Source: Eledone cirrhosa (taxonomy: Eukaryota). From it: a stretch of DNA of 64,000 nucleotides. The position numbers and the translations under genes are program-made. Below, piece after piece: positions 36,750 to 50,561 of the stretch; the first letter of the stretch is position 1, and every line of letters begins with the position of its first letter. The notes beneath the pieces are model-generated. The model was not told the DNA's origin. It ran no database searches and worked only from the letters and a program-made list of their open reading frames with translations. Location: the NCBI GenBank assembly GCA_964016885.1, contig OZ024740.1, positions 196,416,001 to 196,480,000 of the forward strand, given 5' to 3'.

Positions 36750-37684
36750 GTAAAATATGCTGATATTTTTAAAAATTATTTTTATTCTTTTACTGCTTTT
36801 AACCATTAGACTGCAGCCATGCTGGGCGGTACATTGTGTGTGTGACAGCTCACACCTATGCAAGTTTAGCAGGCCTCCTTCAAGGTATATCTCGTTGGAG
36901 GTGTCTCGGGTGATTTAATGAGAGGGACCCCAGTCACTATCATCTCATTTCTACAGCTGAGTAAACTGGAGCAACGTGAAATAAAGTGTCTTGCTGAAGG
37001 AAACAACACATCACCCGGTCCGAGAATTGAACTCACAACCTTTCGATTGCAAGCCCAATGTTCTAACCACTAAGACATGCGCCTTCACACATTATCTATA
37101 CTGGGACCCTATCCTATTATTAAATCACCCAAGAAACCTCCCACGCTAGCAGTGTCAGGTTTAATGGGGGGGTTACAAAGTGGTCAATTGCCCCGGGCCC
37201 CCTGCAGTGGGGGGCAACCAACGACGGCCGTAGCAATTTATTTGTACCCTCAGCTGGGATTTTTAGTTTCTAAACCTATGTAGGTGCGGGTTGTAAAAAC
37301 AGCAACAACAACAACCATGTATGCAATTTATACATGTAACCGTAACCAGAACTGGCGCTTGGGTATTTAGCATCCTAGGCTAACCCTATAATGTGCGCCT
37401 CATTATTCTTCCACAGATTCACCTCAGTTTTCTACTACAGTTTCCACTCCCCCATGCTAACCCTATATGACTCACTGCATTGTTTTAGATATTTCTACAA
37501 CGTAGATGCGCAGCAAAGATGTTCAGTGATTTATTTATTGACCGCAAGAAATGATTATATATATTATCTAATTATAAAAATGTTCATAAAACTGTGCTTC
37601 TCTGTAGTTTGCGCTCTAGGCGAAAGCCAAGTTGGCCTAATGGCAACGTGAGCTGGACGCCATATATACTGGGGTCCCTATCAT

Positions 37685-37854
37685 CAGTGCCGGATTTAGG
37701 ACAAATGAGGCCCTGTGTTAGTTAAGTTATGAAGCCTCTTGCTTGGGCCCTGAAAGAGGTAGACCCGGTAGGCCTACACAGGTAGACCTCCCCCCACTGG
37801 CTAACGGGGCCCTGTGCTTAAGCACACCCAAGCACAATGGTAAACCCGGCACTG
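37685..37854. mobile_element. hAT-type MITE with 8-bp TSD CCTATCAT
   Basis: TIR cagtgccggattta / taaacccggcactg, exact 8-bp TSD; element with related ends at 40535-40694. Confidence 0.85.
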
Positions 37855-39254
37855 CCTATCATTAAACCACAAAGGAAACCTATGAGATTCAATCTCAATA
37901 AGCATGACAACAATCATATATATAACTCGTACATATATGTACCAGTTACCCCTACATGAATTATATGTATTTAGTATTGACAGGCACTCCATCGGTTACA
38001 ATAGAACAGCCTGCACGTGAAATTAACGTGCTGAGCATGTCAGACACGTGTACCTTAACGTCGTTCTCGGACATTCAGCGTAACACCGAATGTGATAAGG
38101 CTGGCCCTTCGAATTACAGGTACAACTCATTTTTTTGTCAGCTGAGTGGACTGGAGTAACTTGAAATAAATGTCTTGCTCAAGGACATACCGAGAATCAA
38201 ACTCGCAATCTTATGATCGTGAGCCGAAATCCTTACCACTAAGTCACGCACCTTCCCGAGCATTGATTACAAAAATACTTAAGCAATTTCAAATGAAGTC
38301 TACATTTCATAACTTGCTTGTTTTACACAGGCCTGTATTTCAATTCGGTTCTGGACATATCACCGGGGGGGATATTGGCAAACCGAATAACTGTTTCGTT
38401 CTGGCGGCACACACTCTAGCTACGCCAGTGGCCAGCAGAGTCGGCATCTGGGTATTTAGCGCCTGGTTATCTCCACAATGTACACCCCATTCTCCTAGAT
38501 AGAATAATTTCAAGTATGAATAAAAAACCCCTCCCCCATTCTTTATGAGTCAGTCTTCCTAAAAAGAATCTCACTTGTTTCAGTTATTATGATAGCATTA
38601 AAGTAGTTGGATTCACATTTATTTTAATGTGCAATCGCCGTGCAAAATGAACGGAATCTTTTCTGTATATATAAATCTTAAACAATTTAATTAGTAAAAT
38701 AAATGTTTGAAATTAAATGTGAGATAACGATTAAAGAAAATATGAAAGAAAATGATTGGAAATGATTTAACTGAATGTAACTGATTGAAATATATGTAAA
38801 ATGAAATTATTGATTAGAAAATGCCAAAAATAAAATAAATTGTTAGATGCTGGTTCCTCGATACGCAATAACTATTTATTTACAAAGGTTATGGTAAGCG
38901 CGTGGCATTGAGTTCTATTCCTGGCAACGCATTGTATTCTGTTCCATTTACACTGCTGGTAAAAAATGAGTTGCGTCCAGTGGTTGATATTCTCTGAGAC
39001 TGAAATGCATATCAAATGGCTACTTTAAAAAGAAATGAATGTTTTAAGTTTTTTAACCATCATTTACCAAGTAAGGATATGTATTTGACACAGGATGTAA
39101 ACTTACTGAATAAAATTAGATTTAGAACTACATAAAATAAGCTTTCGAATTACACAAGCAGGGTTTCAACTGCATGCTAAAATAATCACTTACTTTCAAC
39201 CCTCTTAACCATTTTTATACCAAATTGACTGAAACTAGTTCTATGGTATAAATT

Positions 39255-40451
39255 TTTCTTCTTCGCCAACTTATTCCCGAGAGGTTCGTGGGGATAGTCC
39301 TCAAAAACTCCTTCTAGCGGTTTTCCTCAGAAGTAACCATCTCCAACTGATCCGGTTGGATCCCCAAGCGAAACCAATGAAGCTCATGGATGTTATTCAA
39401 CCATCTTGCTCGGGGTGTACCCCTGGGTCTCCTGTCGGTTGGTTTTGTCCTTAAAATCTGCACTGTTCATCAGCTAGGTTAGACTCGGAAATCTCCCCAG
39501 ACACTTAGCACAGGCTTTACCAGGGAGACTTAACAAGGGGATCCCTCTGTAATTGGAACAAATCTCTCGTCTCCCTTTTGGAAAATTGGGATTATCACTT
39601 CTGATTGCCATTGCTTAGGTGCCTTTCCAGATATCCAGGCCACCTGGCACACACAAGTCAGCCAGAGAATATCTTCTCTATTTAAGGCTTTTGACAACTC
39701 TGGCCGGATTTCACCTACCCCAGCGGTCTTGTGACCTCATCCTCCGAGAGATTAGTCACCATTCCCAGATGCACCTCGTGTCCACCAGAAGATGCTATTC
39801 TGATCAGGTTTAGGAAATCAGTAAAGTATTCTCTCCACCCACTTCCATGAAGAGAGGAGGACCCCAGACGTATGCCTGATAGCAGGTGGAGAGGAGGAAT
39901 TCTTATTACGAAGTCAGTGGATGGTCTACTAGAACACTTTATTTGCTCATTTGAAGTTGGATTCCAGCTTAATCCCAAAGTCCTCCCATGTCTTAAGTTT
40001 GGACGTCTTTACTGTCTCTGTTGCGATTCCTTGTGCCTGTTTGTACTGGAAATGCAAGAAGGAAAACTTATTTTCAAGCCAAGCTTTGTAGGCCTCCTTC
40101 TTTGCTCGGATGGCATCTTTGACCTCTTGATTGAACCAGAGGGTTCTACTGCCATCTGGCATCATACAATGCCTCTTTCACCCGCAGCATTTAACAGCTG
40201 AAGTAGAAACTACTGAGCTGAACAATCTCCACTCTGTTTCAACGTCCTCAGGTTAAGAGAGGGGCTGAGCTGCTAACTGATCATCTAGTTGTCTGCAACT
40301 TGAGACTAGCTAAAGCCAAAGAAGCCCACAAAACTGACAGGTCCAAAACAACCACGAGGATAAAGTGGGAAGCGTTGGTGGATAAGGAAGTCAGGATCAG
40401 GTATGCAGATACTATTGTATCTAAATTCAGGGACCTCCCTGATCAAACTGG
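39255..40451 (-). mobile_element. RTE (Expander-like) LINE insertion with inverted 5' segment and 10-bp TSD
   Basis: TSD ggtataaatt (39245-54 and 40452-61); minus-strand ORF2 remnants 39255-40250; plus-strand end of the endonuclease (VKRGAELLTDHLVV) at 40248-40451. Confidence 0.8.
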
Positions 40452-40753
40452 GGTATAAATTCATTTGTTTTAAATTGTTCATATTCAAACGTAAGCTAGC
40501 TATGATAATTTCATGTAAGACTCTTTGTTACGTTTGGTGCCGGATTAACTTAGTAGCACAAGTAGCGTTTACTATTGACCCCTCATTTCCGGGGAGCCCG
40601 CGCAACTATACTACCTTTAACCTTTGCCATATTTAACAATGTAAGGTCCCTTTATAATATGTTACAAACTCAGCACTAACGTAATCCGGCACTGGTAAAG
40701 TTTTGTTTATATATGATGCATTAGTTAATTGTTACATTTTTTTTACTTTTCAG

Positions 40754-40880
40754 AAAACATGTTCCCCAAACATGTTCAGATACAGTCATTCTTCATTATA
40801 AAAGTATTGACATACCAGACTTATCACCATTCCGATTAAAGCTGGAGACTTATTTAAAACTATGTAAAATACCATATAAG
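40754..40880 (+). CDS. FAXC: FAXC-like exon 2 (GST-N/metaxin-like)
   Basis: ttttcag|...|gtaaga; KHVPQTCSDTVILHYKSIDIPDLSPFRLKLETYLKLCKIPYK matches the FAX motif SPFxLKxETYL..IPY. Confidence 0.9.
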
Positions 40881-42039
40881 GTAAGATTTATCAATTCTGT
40901 CTTTATATTATTTACTCATTGCAATAAGAGTTAGGCCTAATGTTATCGTATTTTCTTCTCATTGTTATTTTTACAACAGAATACGAATCGTTACGATCAT
41001 ATCTCATTCGTATTTGAGAATATTGATCACCATGTTTAGGCCAATTACTCGTCATAAAAGGGAAGCTTGCTGGGAACGTGTATATTATCTGCTGGTCGTA
41101 AATCCTAGCAGAAGCTTCATTCCTTTTCTGGTATTAAGAAGCAGATTTGTACTCAGAATCGACAGAATTGGAACTGATACCACAAAGCATCATATCGGAC
41201 TCCATAACAATTCCGTCAATCCATCATCCCAAGATTAGTACTAGTTATTAGTACTAGTTATTAGTACTAGTTGTGGATTGGCAGTATCGGTAGAGAGTCG
41301 GACACCATGCTTTGAAGCATAGTTACGTCCCTTTATGAGGTTAACTTTGCCTTTTAACTTTGCCGAGGTTAACTTTGCCTTTCATCCTTACAGGGTCGAT
41401 AAAATAAAGTACCAGTAATACACTGGGTAATTGCTGGCCTTGTGCCAAAAAGTAGAAACAGTTATTAGTACTATTTATTTATCCTGAAAGGATGAAAGCC
41501 AAAATTGACCTCAGCGAGATTTGTGATCAGAATGTAGAGGGTCAGAATAAGCAAGCGAGTCCAGTCAACGCCTAACAACTCTACCAATTCGTCACCTTAC
41601 TGTATAGAGAGAGATTAAAAACAAAACAATTCATACAAGGATCAATTGAAGTCTTTTCGGTGTAATTGAGTAGATAGAAACAGTGTGGAAGTACGCCAAG
41701 TGAACTGAATCCAATTTGGTGTGGTAGGTTTATTCCTCACTGTTTAGTACCATCACCTGGTCCTTTGATGCTTTTAGTTCTTTTAGTGGTCTATATTCCA
41801 AATCACCGTGCTTTCTGTTCAATTCCTACCAAAGTCAACTTTGCTTTTCACCCTTTCGGTGTCGATAAAATAAAGTACTACTCCAGGGGTGTGGACTGGC
41901 AGAATTGTTGGACAGGATGCTTTGAAGTATTTAATCCGGTTCTGTGCGTTCTGAGTTCAAATCTCCCCGCCTCCTCCCAACAAATGCGACTGGTAGTTAG
42001 TATAAGCAATAGAAAGACAAATAGAATCATTATTTCCCG

Positions 42040-42418
42040 GTGGATTGGCAGTATCGGTAGAGATTCGGACGCCATGCTTTCCAGCATAGTTACGTCCCTT
42101 TACGATCTGAGTTCAAATCCCGCCGAGGTTGACTTTGCCTTTCATCCTTACGGGGTCGATAAAATAAAGTACCAGTAATGCACTGGTGAATTGCTGGCCT
42201 TGTGCCTAAAATAGAAACAATTATTTCCTGTGGATTGGCAGTATCGGTAGAGGGTCGGACGCCATGCTTTCCAGCATAGTTACGTCCCTTTACGATCTGA
42301 GTTCAAATCCCGCCGAGGTTGACTTTGCCTTTCATCCTTGCGGGGTCGATAAAATAAAGTACCAGTAATGTACTGGGTAATTGCTGGCCTTGTGCCAAAG
42401 GTAGAAACAATTATTTCC
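42040..42418 (+). mobile_element. Tandem dimer of near-identical SINEs
   Basis: Two ~190-bp copies; attatttcc at all three junctions. Confidence 0.88.
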
Positions 42419-42475
42419 TTGATGAAACACCTCAAACATTCACCCTCTGAATCGGCGGAGGTCCTGCACGCACGC

Positions 42476-42478
<3 letters not shown>

Positions 42479-42559
<81 letters not shown>

Positions 42560-42700
42560 TTTTTGTCTTTGTCTCTCTCTTTTTGTCTTTGTCTCTCTCT
42601 TTTTGTCTTTCTCTCTCTCTTTTTGTCTTTCTCTCTCTCTTTTTGTCTTTCTCTCTCCTTCTTTCTTTCTCTCTCTCTTTTTCTTTCTTTCTCTCTCTGC
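42479..42700. repeat. (CT)n / CT-rich compound microsatellite
   Basis: Directly visible; source of the spurious SL/ER ORFs. Confidence 0.95.
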
Positions 42701-43289
42701 GATATGAACTATCACATTTTCCATTTCAGCTGTAAGTTCGTTAATAAGTATCCAAGAATTTATCACTACTATTTCATTCTCTACAATATGAATAAATCGT
42801 GCAAAAGTTATGAGTCTGGGTTTGGCGGTAATAACTGTTGACATTAAACAGAAAATTGCTAATAATCGAGGCGAGTCATCTTTCATACTTCTACCACTCG
42901 ATAGAAACAGGAGAGTAAATAATAAACTATTATTGTTGATTCTAACGCGTACCAATTCACACGCACATTCACCGAAACATGCACACATACATATCAACAC
43001 CGTGTGTGTGCGTGCAAAAGGCAAACAGAAATAACAAAGCAAACGACACAGTACAATGAAGAAATATATTAGTTTTGCGCTTGCTATAGTAGGAAAAGAG
43101 TCTTAACGTTTCGGACTCTCTCTCACACAGTACTGCTCTATTTAATGTGCAAATTCTTCCCAAATCACGCGTTCTATAAACGTTAATATATTTACGCTGT
43201 TTGTAATCCTTAAGTATTGTGCTTTCTAAATATTATTATAATATATACTTCAGTCGATATATTTTTTTTATAATGGACCTATAATAAGT

Positions 43290-45135
43290 ACAACTACCAC
43301 GGATCATAAAATGCTGTGACCCATGCAAATATTTATCGGTATACCTCGTGTCCATAATTGTATTTTGTAAGCCTTCTTCAACTATTCATTCAGTAGTACT
43401 CTTTAGTCCAATAACTAAGTGAAACTGATATCAATATGTTGAAACCAGGTTTGACGTCGGAGGAGATGCCGCAATTGAAGGTTTATTTCAACACCAACAT
43501 TTACTCAGGGAAGGAAATTGCAGCTAAATTGAATAAAGGTATTAGGTGCATCTATAAGTATAAGAAAATGTTCGAAAATGAAGGTATATCTCATAAACGA
43601 GTCGGTAATTGTGGAAGAAAACCTGTCGTTTCGCCTAGACAGCTCAGCATATGGAGCTATTGCTGCACCATCAACCGTTCGAAAAAAGTTGAAGTACGTT
43701 GGATTTCAAGTGTGTAAACCAATGAAGAATCTAAAACTAACGGAGGCAGCTAAGAAGAAAAGAGTGGATTGTGCAAGGAAACACACAGACTGGACAGTAG
43801 AAAACTAGAAGAGGGTCTGTTTTTCCGCTGAATCGTTGATTCAAATTCTGGATGACCGAAGAAAATTCGTTAGCAGAAAATCTTTTGAAAAAGATCATCC
43901 GGACTGCCTAAAATAATGAAATACCCTACCAAAGTGATGGTGTGGTCGGTAATTTCTTACCAGGGTACTGGCCATATCCAGATAGTGGAGGGTATAATGA
44001 ACTCAGTTAAATACAAAGACCTAATTTATCATCGGTTACTACTCTAGTTGCGAGAGTGGTTTCCATATAATGATTTCATATTCCAACAAGACGGTGCACC
44101 TTCTCATACCTGAAAAAAGATGAAGAAACATTTCGAAAATCTGGGAATGACGCTTCTCGAGTGACCAGGAAACAGCCCTGATATGAACCCTATAGGGGGT
44201 TTATGGAATGATTTAAAGACCGAAATAGCAAAAATTACGTTTGCAAATAAGCAGGAACTTGTAGCAAGCTACTTTCATTTGGCGCATTGATACCCTTTCC
44301 GTACGTTGTTTGGCTGAGTTAAGCCAATCGCTAGCAGTGTAGGGAAATGTATCTCAACTTCCGCCCAAATGGAGAAATTTCCGTTTCTTTTGATAAATTA
44401 ATTCTCTTGCAGCTCGACATCGTTAAGGTAAACAGCCTCTTGATTTTGTTCCTCAAGCACAGACAATATGTAACGACAAAACATCACTACGGACCTGGCT
44501 AACGCCTCAGCCAGTTGACCGTACCTTCTCAAACCTTAATTTTATTTGTTTCATTTCTTTTGGCACGCCATCCAACAAAGCTAACGTAGCTCGTCTCATC
44601 TTTGTTAATAAATCATATAAAAACGTTGGAACGTATTATGATGCTATTTACCACAACCATTGCCTTTAAATGTGATATGGAAATATTCTTTCCAGAGTTA
44701 TATTTGCAGTAGAGCAGCAGATTATGAGACTTACAGAAGAACCTCAATTCAACTTACATGTATTGATATTACAAACCATACCTTTCCAATTACAAACAAA
44801 CACATTATTGTTACATATTCTAGTTATATATTACTCGCTGCTAAAAGTAATACTATACTATCAAAATGGTGAATATTACATGCTGCTATATTGATAACAT
44901 AATACCACATCCTCTTATGTTATAAATTGCTTCACTGATGACTTCTATTGATACATAAATACAAATAATAGCATCAGTATTTAATAAAATATGATATCTT
45001 CAAACTAATTCGGAGGATTATTGATGTTTGGCACCGAGATTCTAGGATGACAGACCTTGGAAGACAGTATATTGAGAGCATGCCAAGATGAGTTGCAGCA
45101 GTGATTGCTGCAAAAGGAAGCTTTACAAAATCTAT
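43290..45135 (+). mobile_element. Degenerate Tc1/mariner transposon with ~750-bp internal insertion
   Basis: HTH region, HTDWTVEN.KRVCFS.ES, VMVWSVIS, FQQDGAPSHT, PGNSPDMNPI..LW; C-terminal IESMPR.VAAVIAAKG resumes after ~45030. Confidence 0.88.
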
Positions 45136-45476
45136 ACGTAGTATAAAAGAGAGATGTTTGTTGGTTGGTTACTTCGCGCATCACAAAAAAAAAAAAAACT
45201 GACAATCGAAAAGTAAGTAAAGCAATGGAATAAGGATATACTCAGAAAGGTTTATTGATATTAATTGTATAACATCAAAGAAGAAAAACATCCTGGATAT
45301 ACTAACCAACATGACTGCTATTTCTAGCAGGGTGGGAATCAATCACATAGGATTCTCTGCACGCATGTGGGTTAATGATCGTTTCGCAGCCAGCGTCTCC
45401 GATTCGAACGCTGGTTTACACATACACACTCACATACGCACTCACACGCGCACACGCATACATTAATATATAATTA

Positions 45477-46737
45477 TCTATATCTAAACTATAATGAAGT
45501 AAGGGCTGCGGGACTGCGTACGGTTTATTTCTTTTAATCCAGTTAGTAAAATAAGTTGGATTACACGGTATTTTAGGATTTTGTTCCGTTCAGCTGCGGA
45601 TGCTGTAGTTCTCGCTCTTACTGCTGCATCCAGGATGTGGGAAGAAGCAAAAGAGTCACTAACTGTGACGTCCCAGCTGAGGCACCTGCCTCTTGACCAG
45701 GAGCAGAGAGTAAGACCGTCAAGTCTTTTCCCATCAATTCAGGACAACCCAGTTGGTTCCAAAATTGAGGGGATGTTTGCCCGGGCCAAGCTCTTAAGTG
45801 GTAATAGGGCAGTGTGTGTATGTGCGTGTGCATGGGTTTGTCGGCGTTCTTAAATTAGAGACGCGTGTGTGTGTGTGTGTCACTGTTTTTAAGTTAGACA
45901 TATATGTGTGTATCCCTTTCCTTCCTTTTACACACACATACATTGTGTGATGTACGGGTGGACAGAAGTCCCTCAAATTTATATACATGTGAATGGAGTT
46001 CCACTGAAGCAGTTAGAGAAGTTCAAGTATCTTGAGGCCGTGTTCATGAGTGATGGAATGCAGAAGGCTGAATTAAGTGCAAGAATTGCAAAAGCTGATG
46101 CAGTAATGCGCCAGCCTCAGCAATCAGAAGAAGGGGGTAGGTTTAAAGCCAAACTCGCTGTCTTCCTGGTATTCCTACCAACTCTTACCGAGGATCATGA
46201 ATCTTGAGTAATGACCAAAAGAATACAATTGCAAATAAAAGCGGCAGAAATGGGATTCCTCCGAAGTTTCTTTGGAGTAATGTTACTTGATAAAGTGCAT
46301 AGCTCAGAGACCAGAGAGTCACTCCTGGTAGAGCCGCTACATCTCCGAATTGAGAGATCACAACTCCGATGTTGTGAGCATGTGGTTAGAATGTCTCAGT
46401 AAAGAATCGCTGGACACATTTTACAGGCAAAACCAACCGGCAAGAGACCCAGGGGTAGACTCTGAGCAAGATAGTTGGATAACATCCATGAGCTTGGTCA
46501 TGCTTTGGGATCCAGCAGGATCAGTTAGAGATGTTTGCTTCTGACAGACTCGCTGGAAGGAGTTTTTGAGAAGGACTCTGCCCCCACGACCCTCTCAGAA
46601 ATAAGTGGGTGAAGAAGATTTTGTCAATTTACTTTTCAGTTTACATATATCTATATGCATATATATTTGCGTATAATACTAATATGCACACTACATATAC
46701 TAGCAGAAAACTGCCCTTCGAGCGGTTTTTCTGCTGG
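45477..46737 (+). mobile_element. Non-autonomous Helitron containing CRE-RLE (45578-45792) and RTE (45980-46620) fragments
   Basis: 5' and 3' ends homologous to 1732-2243 (A|TC...CTGG|T); internal IPSILEPTGLS..GKRLDG on the minus strand and RTE C-terminal motifs on the plus strand. Confidence 0.65.
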
Positions 46738-46804
46738 TTTATATATAATATAAAAGATTGGAACTTCCATCATTTTGAGAAATGTGTAACAACCATGTCT
46801 ATGC

Positions 46805-47155
46805 AATGACACATGCTTTACAGTCAGGCGGAATATAAACCATCTCCTAGAAGGTCACTATTCTTGGAGACAATCAAGGAGAAAATGCATTTATTCCCAA
46901 GAATCCTCTTATCCCTTCTTCTACCGAGCAGACATTCAAATTCTCAAGAATTTAGTTCCCTGTTAGAACTAGTTTTGCTATGGACATAAATAAAGCTCAG
47001 ACTCAGTTTCAAAGTTGTAGAATTGAATACAAGAGAATCGCTTTTTACTCGTGGATAGTTATATGTAGGTTGTTCAGGAGTGGGAACATCTAGAAATCTT
47101 CATATACTATGCACAAACGATAAAATAAAGAATGTGGTGTATCTGGAAGATTTTT
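46805..47155 (+). mobile_element. Helitron PIF1-like helicase C-terminal fragment
   Basis: FIPK.PLIPS, FPVRTSFAMDINKAQ, G*LYVGCSGVG and KNVVY match Helitron helicase motifs. Confidence 0.85.
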
Positions 47156-48440
47156 TAACTTTTAAAAATTCTCGCTCTCTCGCTCTCTCTCTGTAAACCA
47201 GACAAACGTCCAATACAGTCATTTTCTCTTCTACCCATCTTCTCTTATCATCCCGCTTTCATGAAGAGGCATGCTGCCAATCAACTCAATGCTATGTCAT
47301 TTCCTTCGTGTGGGACATCCTAAGTTTTTCTAGTTTTTCTTTTATGCTCAGAAACCACTCTAAGTTTTAATGCTTCAAGTGTATCTAATCCAGGGCCTTC
47401 TCTTCCCTATTGGAGGAACCCCTCCCTGGTTGGCCACAGCTTTGTTTGGTTTGGTCATATCAGGCGTGTATCAGTACTCACCACGCTTGGCTCATTGCGG
47501 ATTGGTGAAGCTATTTAACCCACGCATGTGTATACTTGTGTATGTGCTCTAGGTTTTCTTAGATGTAAAATAATTTTATTACCAATTTATTTCTCACTAC
47601 CCCACCCACACTGTATAAATATGTATACATCCCGAATGGGTGGATTTGATGTATGTGGACGTAGGTGATTTATAGCATTCTAAATACCATATATACAACC
47701 ATAAAGCAGTATTTTGTCGAGATAAAACTGGTTCTCAACAATTATTTACACATGGTGTCTGAGAAAACCCACTCACCCTCTCTCTTTATCTCCCCTCTTT
47801 TTCTTCCCCTCTCTTTTCCCTCGCTCTCTTTCTTGTTCTCTCTTTTCTTCTCTCTCTCTTGCAGTCATAGCTGCGTGACTTCGATTCCTGGATCGGGTGG
47901 AGCGTTGAGTTCTTGAGCAAAACACTTAACTTAACGTTGCTCCAGTACACTCAGTTCAAGATGAGTACCAGCAGTCGCTGGTAGTTAACGCTGTCATGGA
48001 CTTGCGTCCTATCCAGGGGAATATCTTGTACTTTTAGTTGCTTAACATCCATGAAACCGAGATAAGCACCAGCTTGAACCTCAAGGCTTCAGACAGACTT
48101 TAACTAAATAGCTACATGGTTAAGAAGCCCGCTTGGTTCCGGTTTTGATCCCAATAGAATTTGGTAGATGGAAACAACAAAAGTCCACTTTGTGTCTGAG
48201 TGTGGCCCGTGGTCGGTAACATAGCAGGCCTGGAACATAAAATATGTACCAGGTCTGAAAGAATATGTACTGGGTCGATATAATCGATAAAAATACCTTT
48301 AAGTATAACCAAAGTCTGATAACTGAAATCAATAAGAGAGTACATGGTTAACTTTTTGGTTTTCCAGCTGTATTATAAAAGAACAAAAACATGAACCAAC
48401 TTGATATATATTTTTATATTTTACTCTTGATCTTTTCCAG

Positions 48441-48637
48441 ATAGCTCACAACCGCCAAATGTCTTCAAAAGGTAAACTACCTTGGATTGAACATAATGGA
48501 AGAGTGGTTGAAGACTCACAGTTTTGCATTGATTATTTAAACGATGTGTTTAATGTGGATCTAAACTCGAAACTGTCCCCACATGAACGTTCTATATCTC
48601 GAGCATTCCAAATAATGGTGGAAGAAAATACGATCTG
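48441..48637 (+). CDS. FAXC: FAXC-like exon 3
   Basis: ttccag|...|gtgagt; MSSKGKLPWIEHNGRVVEDSQFCIDYL...RAFQIMVEENTI(W), typical FAX core. Confidence 0.93.
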
Positions 48638-49659
48638 GTGAGTAAGGTTTATTTTAAGGAAATTTTAAAACTGCACAAATCTTTGAAGCTTGTGTCATGA
48701 TCCAGGGTTTGATATTCTCTGAGTTTGAGAAGCATTTGTAATGGCTATCTTTAACGTTTTGTGAGTGTTTTAAGTCTTTCAACAACCCTTTACCATGTAA
48801 ACACGTGTAGCATTTAACACAAAATATAAACTTACAGCACAAAATTAGATTTCGGACTAAATAAGCAGAGGTCAACCGTACATTAAAATAAAGCTTGTGG
48901 GTATTTTCTTTTGCGACGGAAGACATTACAATAGTTTTCATGTAGGGGAGGCAAGAAATTTGATAGTCACTGTAATCAGGGCAGTGTACACAGCTTAGGT
49001 GATGAACAATACAAGTGTCTTTATAGTCAGGGCTCGTGCCTGGGTATTCAGGGCCCTAGGCTAGCCCTACAATGCGCACCCCATTCTTTAAAATAAAATA
49101 ATTTCAAATTGGTTTCGTAAAATGACAATTCCTGCTCTGACCATACTTTTTATCCCGTAACTTTTCAGGGATATGTAGGGGCCCCGTATTGACATAAGGC
49201 GTTTCTACAGCACTTTTTAAAACCTAGTGGAGTCTGTCCTCTCCAGTTCTGAATATAGCAGATTTCTTCCAAAGAAGGATAGAGAGACTGAAAGAAAGCA
49301 AGTGAGAAAAAGTTATAGAGGAAGAATCAACCTCAGTACTAAACTGGTACATTTTGTATTGACCTTGACTGGATGAAAGGAAAAGTTGACCTCGGTGGGA
49401 TTTGAACTCAGAGAACTGGAACGAATACTCAAAAGCATTCTATCTGACTTTCTAACGACTCTGCCCATTTGCCGCCTTATCAACCCACACTTAGAAAATT
49501 CATAGTCCTACATTTTCCACCACACAGTCCACACTTGCTCCTGCCAAATCAAGTTACAGGTCATAATCCCATACAACCCACTCCACCACTTTGGATATTT
49601 CTCTCAGCACTGTTATATGTCCGTGATGTTTAGAATTTATTTATTGATCCCAGGAAATA

Positions 49660-49862
49660 CAGGGTAACCACAAAAACACACCGAGCTCGATTATTGCATT
49701 GATGTTTGCCGAGCAAGGGGGCACACATCGAGTGTCTGATATCAACCAATACCACATGAAACTTTTAGTTTATGCAAATGTAGCCACCAATATTGTAAGA
49801 ATATTCCTTTAAGTTTTCAAATAACTATTTGAAATCAAGGAGTGTTTTTTGTGGTCACCCTG
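49660..49862. mobile_element. Tc1/mariner-type MITE, TA TSD
   Basis: ta|cagggtaaccacaaaaacac ... gtgttttttgtggtcaccctg|ta. Confidence 0.8.
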
Positions 49863-50364
49863 TATATATTTAATCTATTTATATAAATTTGTATAACACA
49901 GATTATTTAGTGTTCAGTAATGTGCCTCTGAGATTTTCACCCTAGGCAGCTGTCTAGTTAGCCGTAATGGTAGCGCTGGCCCTGCTTTTGATATCTATCC
50001 ATCTTGGTGCTTCACTATTTTATGTATAAACTTAATGAATAATGGTATTGACTTGTCATGTTATTCTATTGATGAAAAAAAAAGCAACAACAGTATTCTA
50101 TGAAAGATTACCTCATTTAGGCACGTAAAGAAGAAATTGAGTCTTAAAATATTTTTTTTCATTGATGCTAGTATCAAGAAAAGAAATTGAAAAAAATAGC
50201 CTCAATTGTTTGTACAAAATGACAATATCTGTTCAAACAATTTGAACTGGTCTAATTTAGAGAACTGTTCCAGGAGTTTCCTGATTTTGTCACCCGTGAA
50301 CAATTAAATTATTTTATTGCAATATAACTAACTCTTGATTGACAATAATTCATTTCTTAATTAG

Positions 50365-50561
50365 GTGTCTGCTTTTGTCCCGTTGGAAATATGAACGAAA
50401 ACCAAAATTTTTCCAGGCTTTAAAATTGAATGTCGCATTTAATTATTTGGTTACAAAGATTCTCACACGCAAATCATTAGGGCACGGAATAGGCCTTCAT
50501 ACATGGGATGAAATAAAAACCATTGCTAAGAAAGACTTAACTGCTTTATCCGAGTTTCTAG
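50365..50561 (+). CDS. FAXC: FAXC-like exon 4 (GST-C)
   Basis: ttag|...|gtttgt; CLLLSRW...GHGIGLHTWDEIKTIAKKDLTALSEFL(G). Confidence 0.92.

Noticed and set aside
42368-43042. 157-aa and 200-aa ORFs
   Set aside because: Produced by the (CT)n microsatellite
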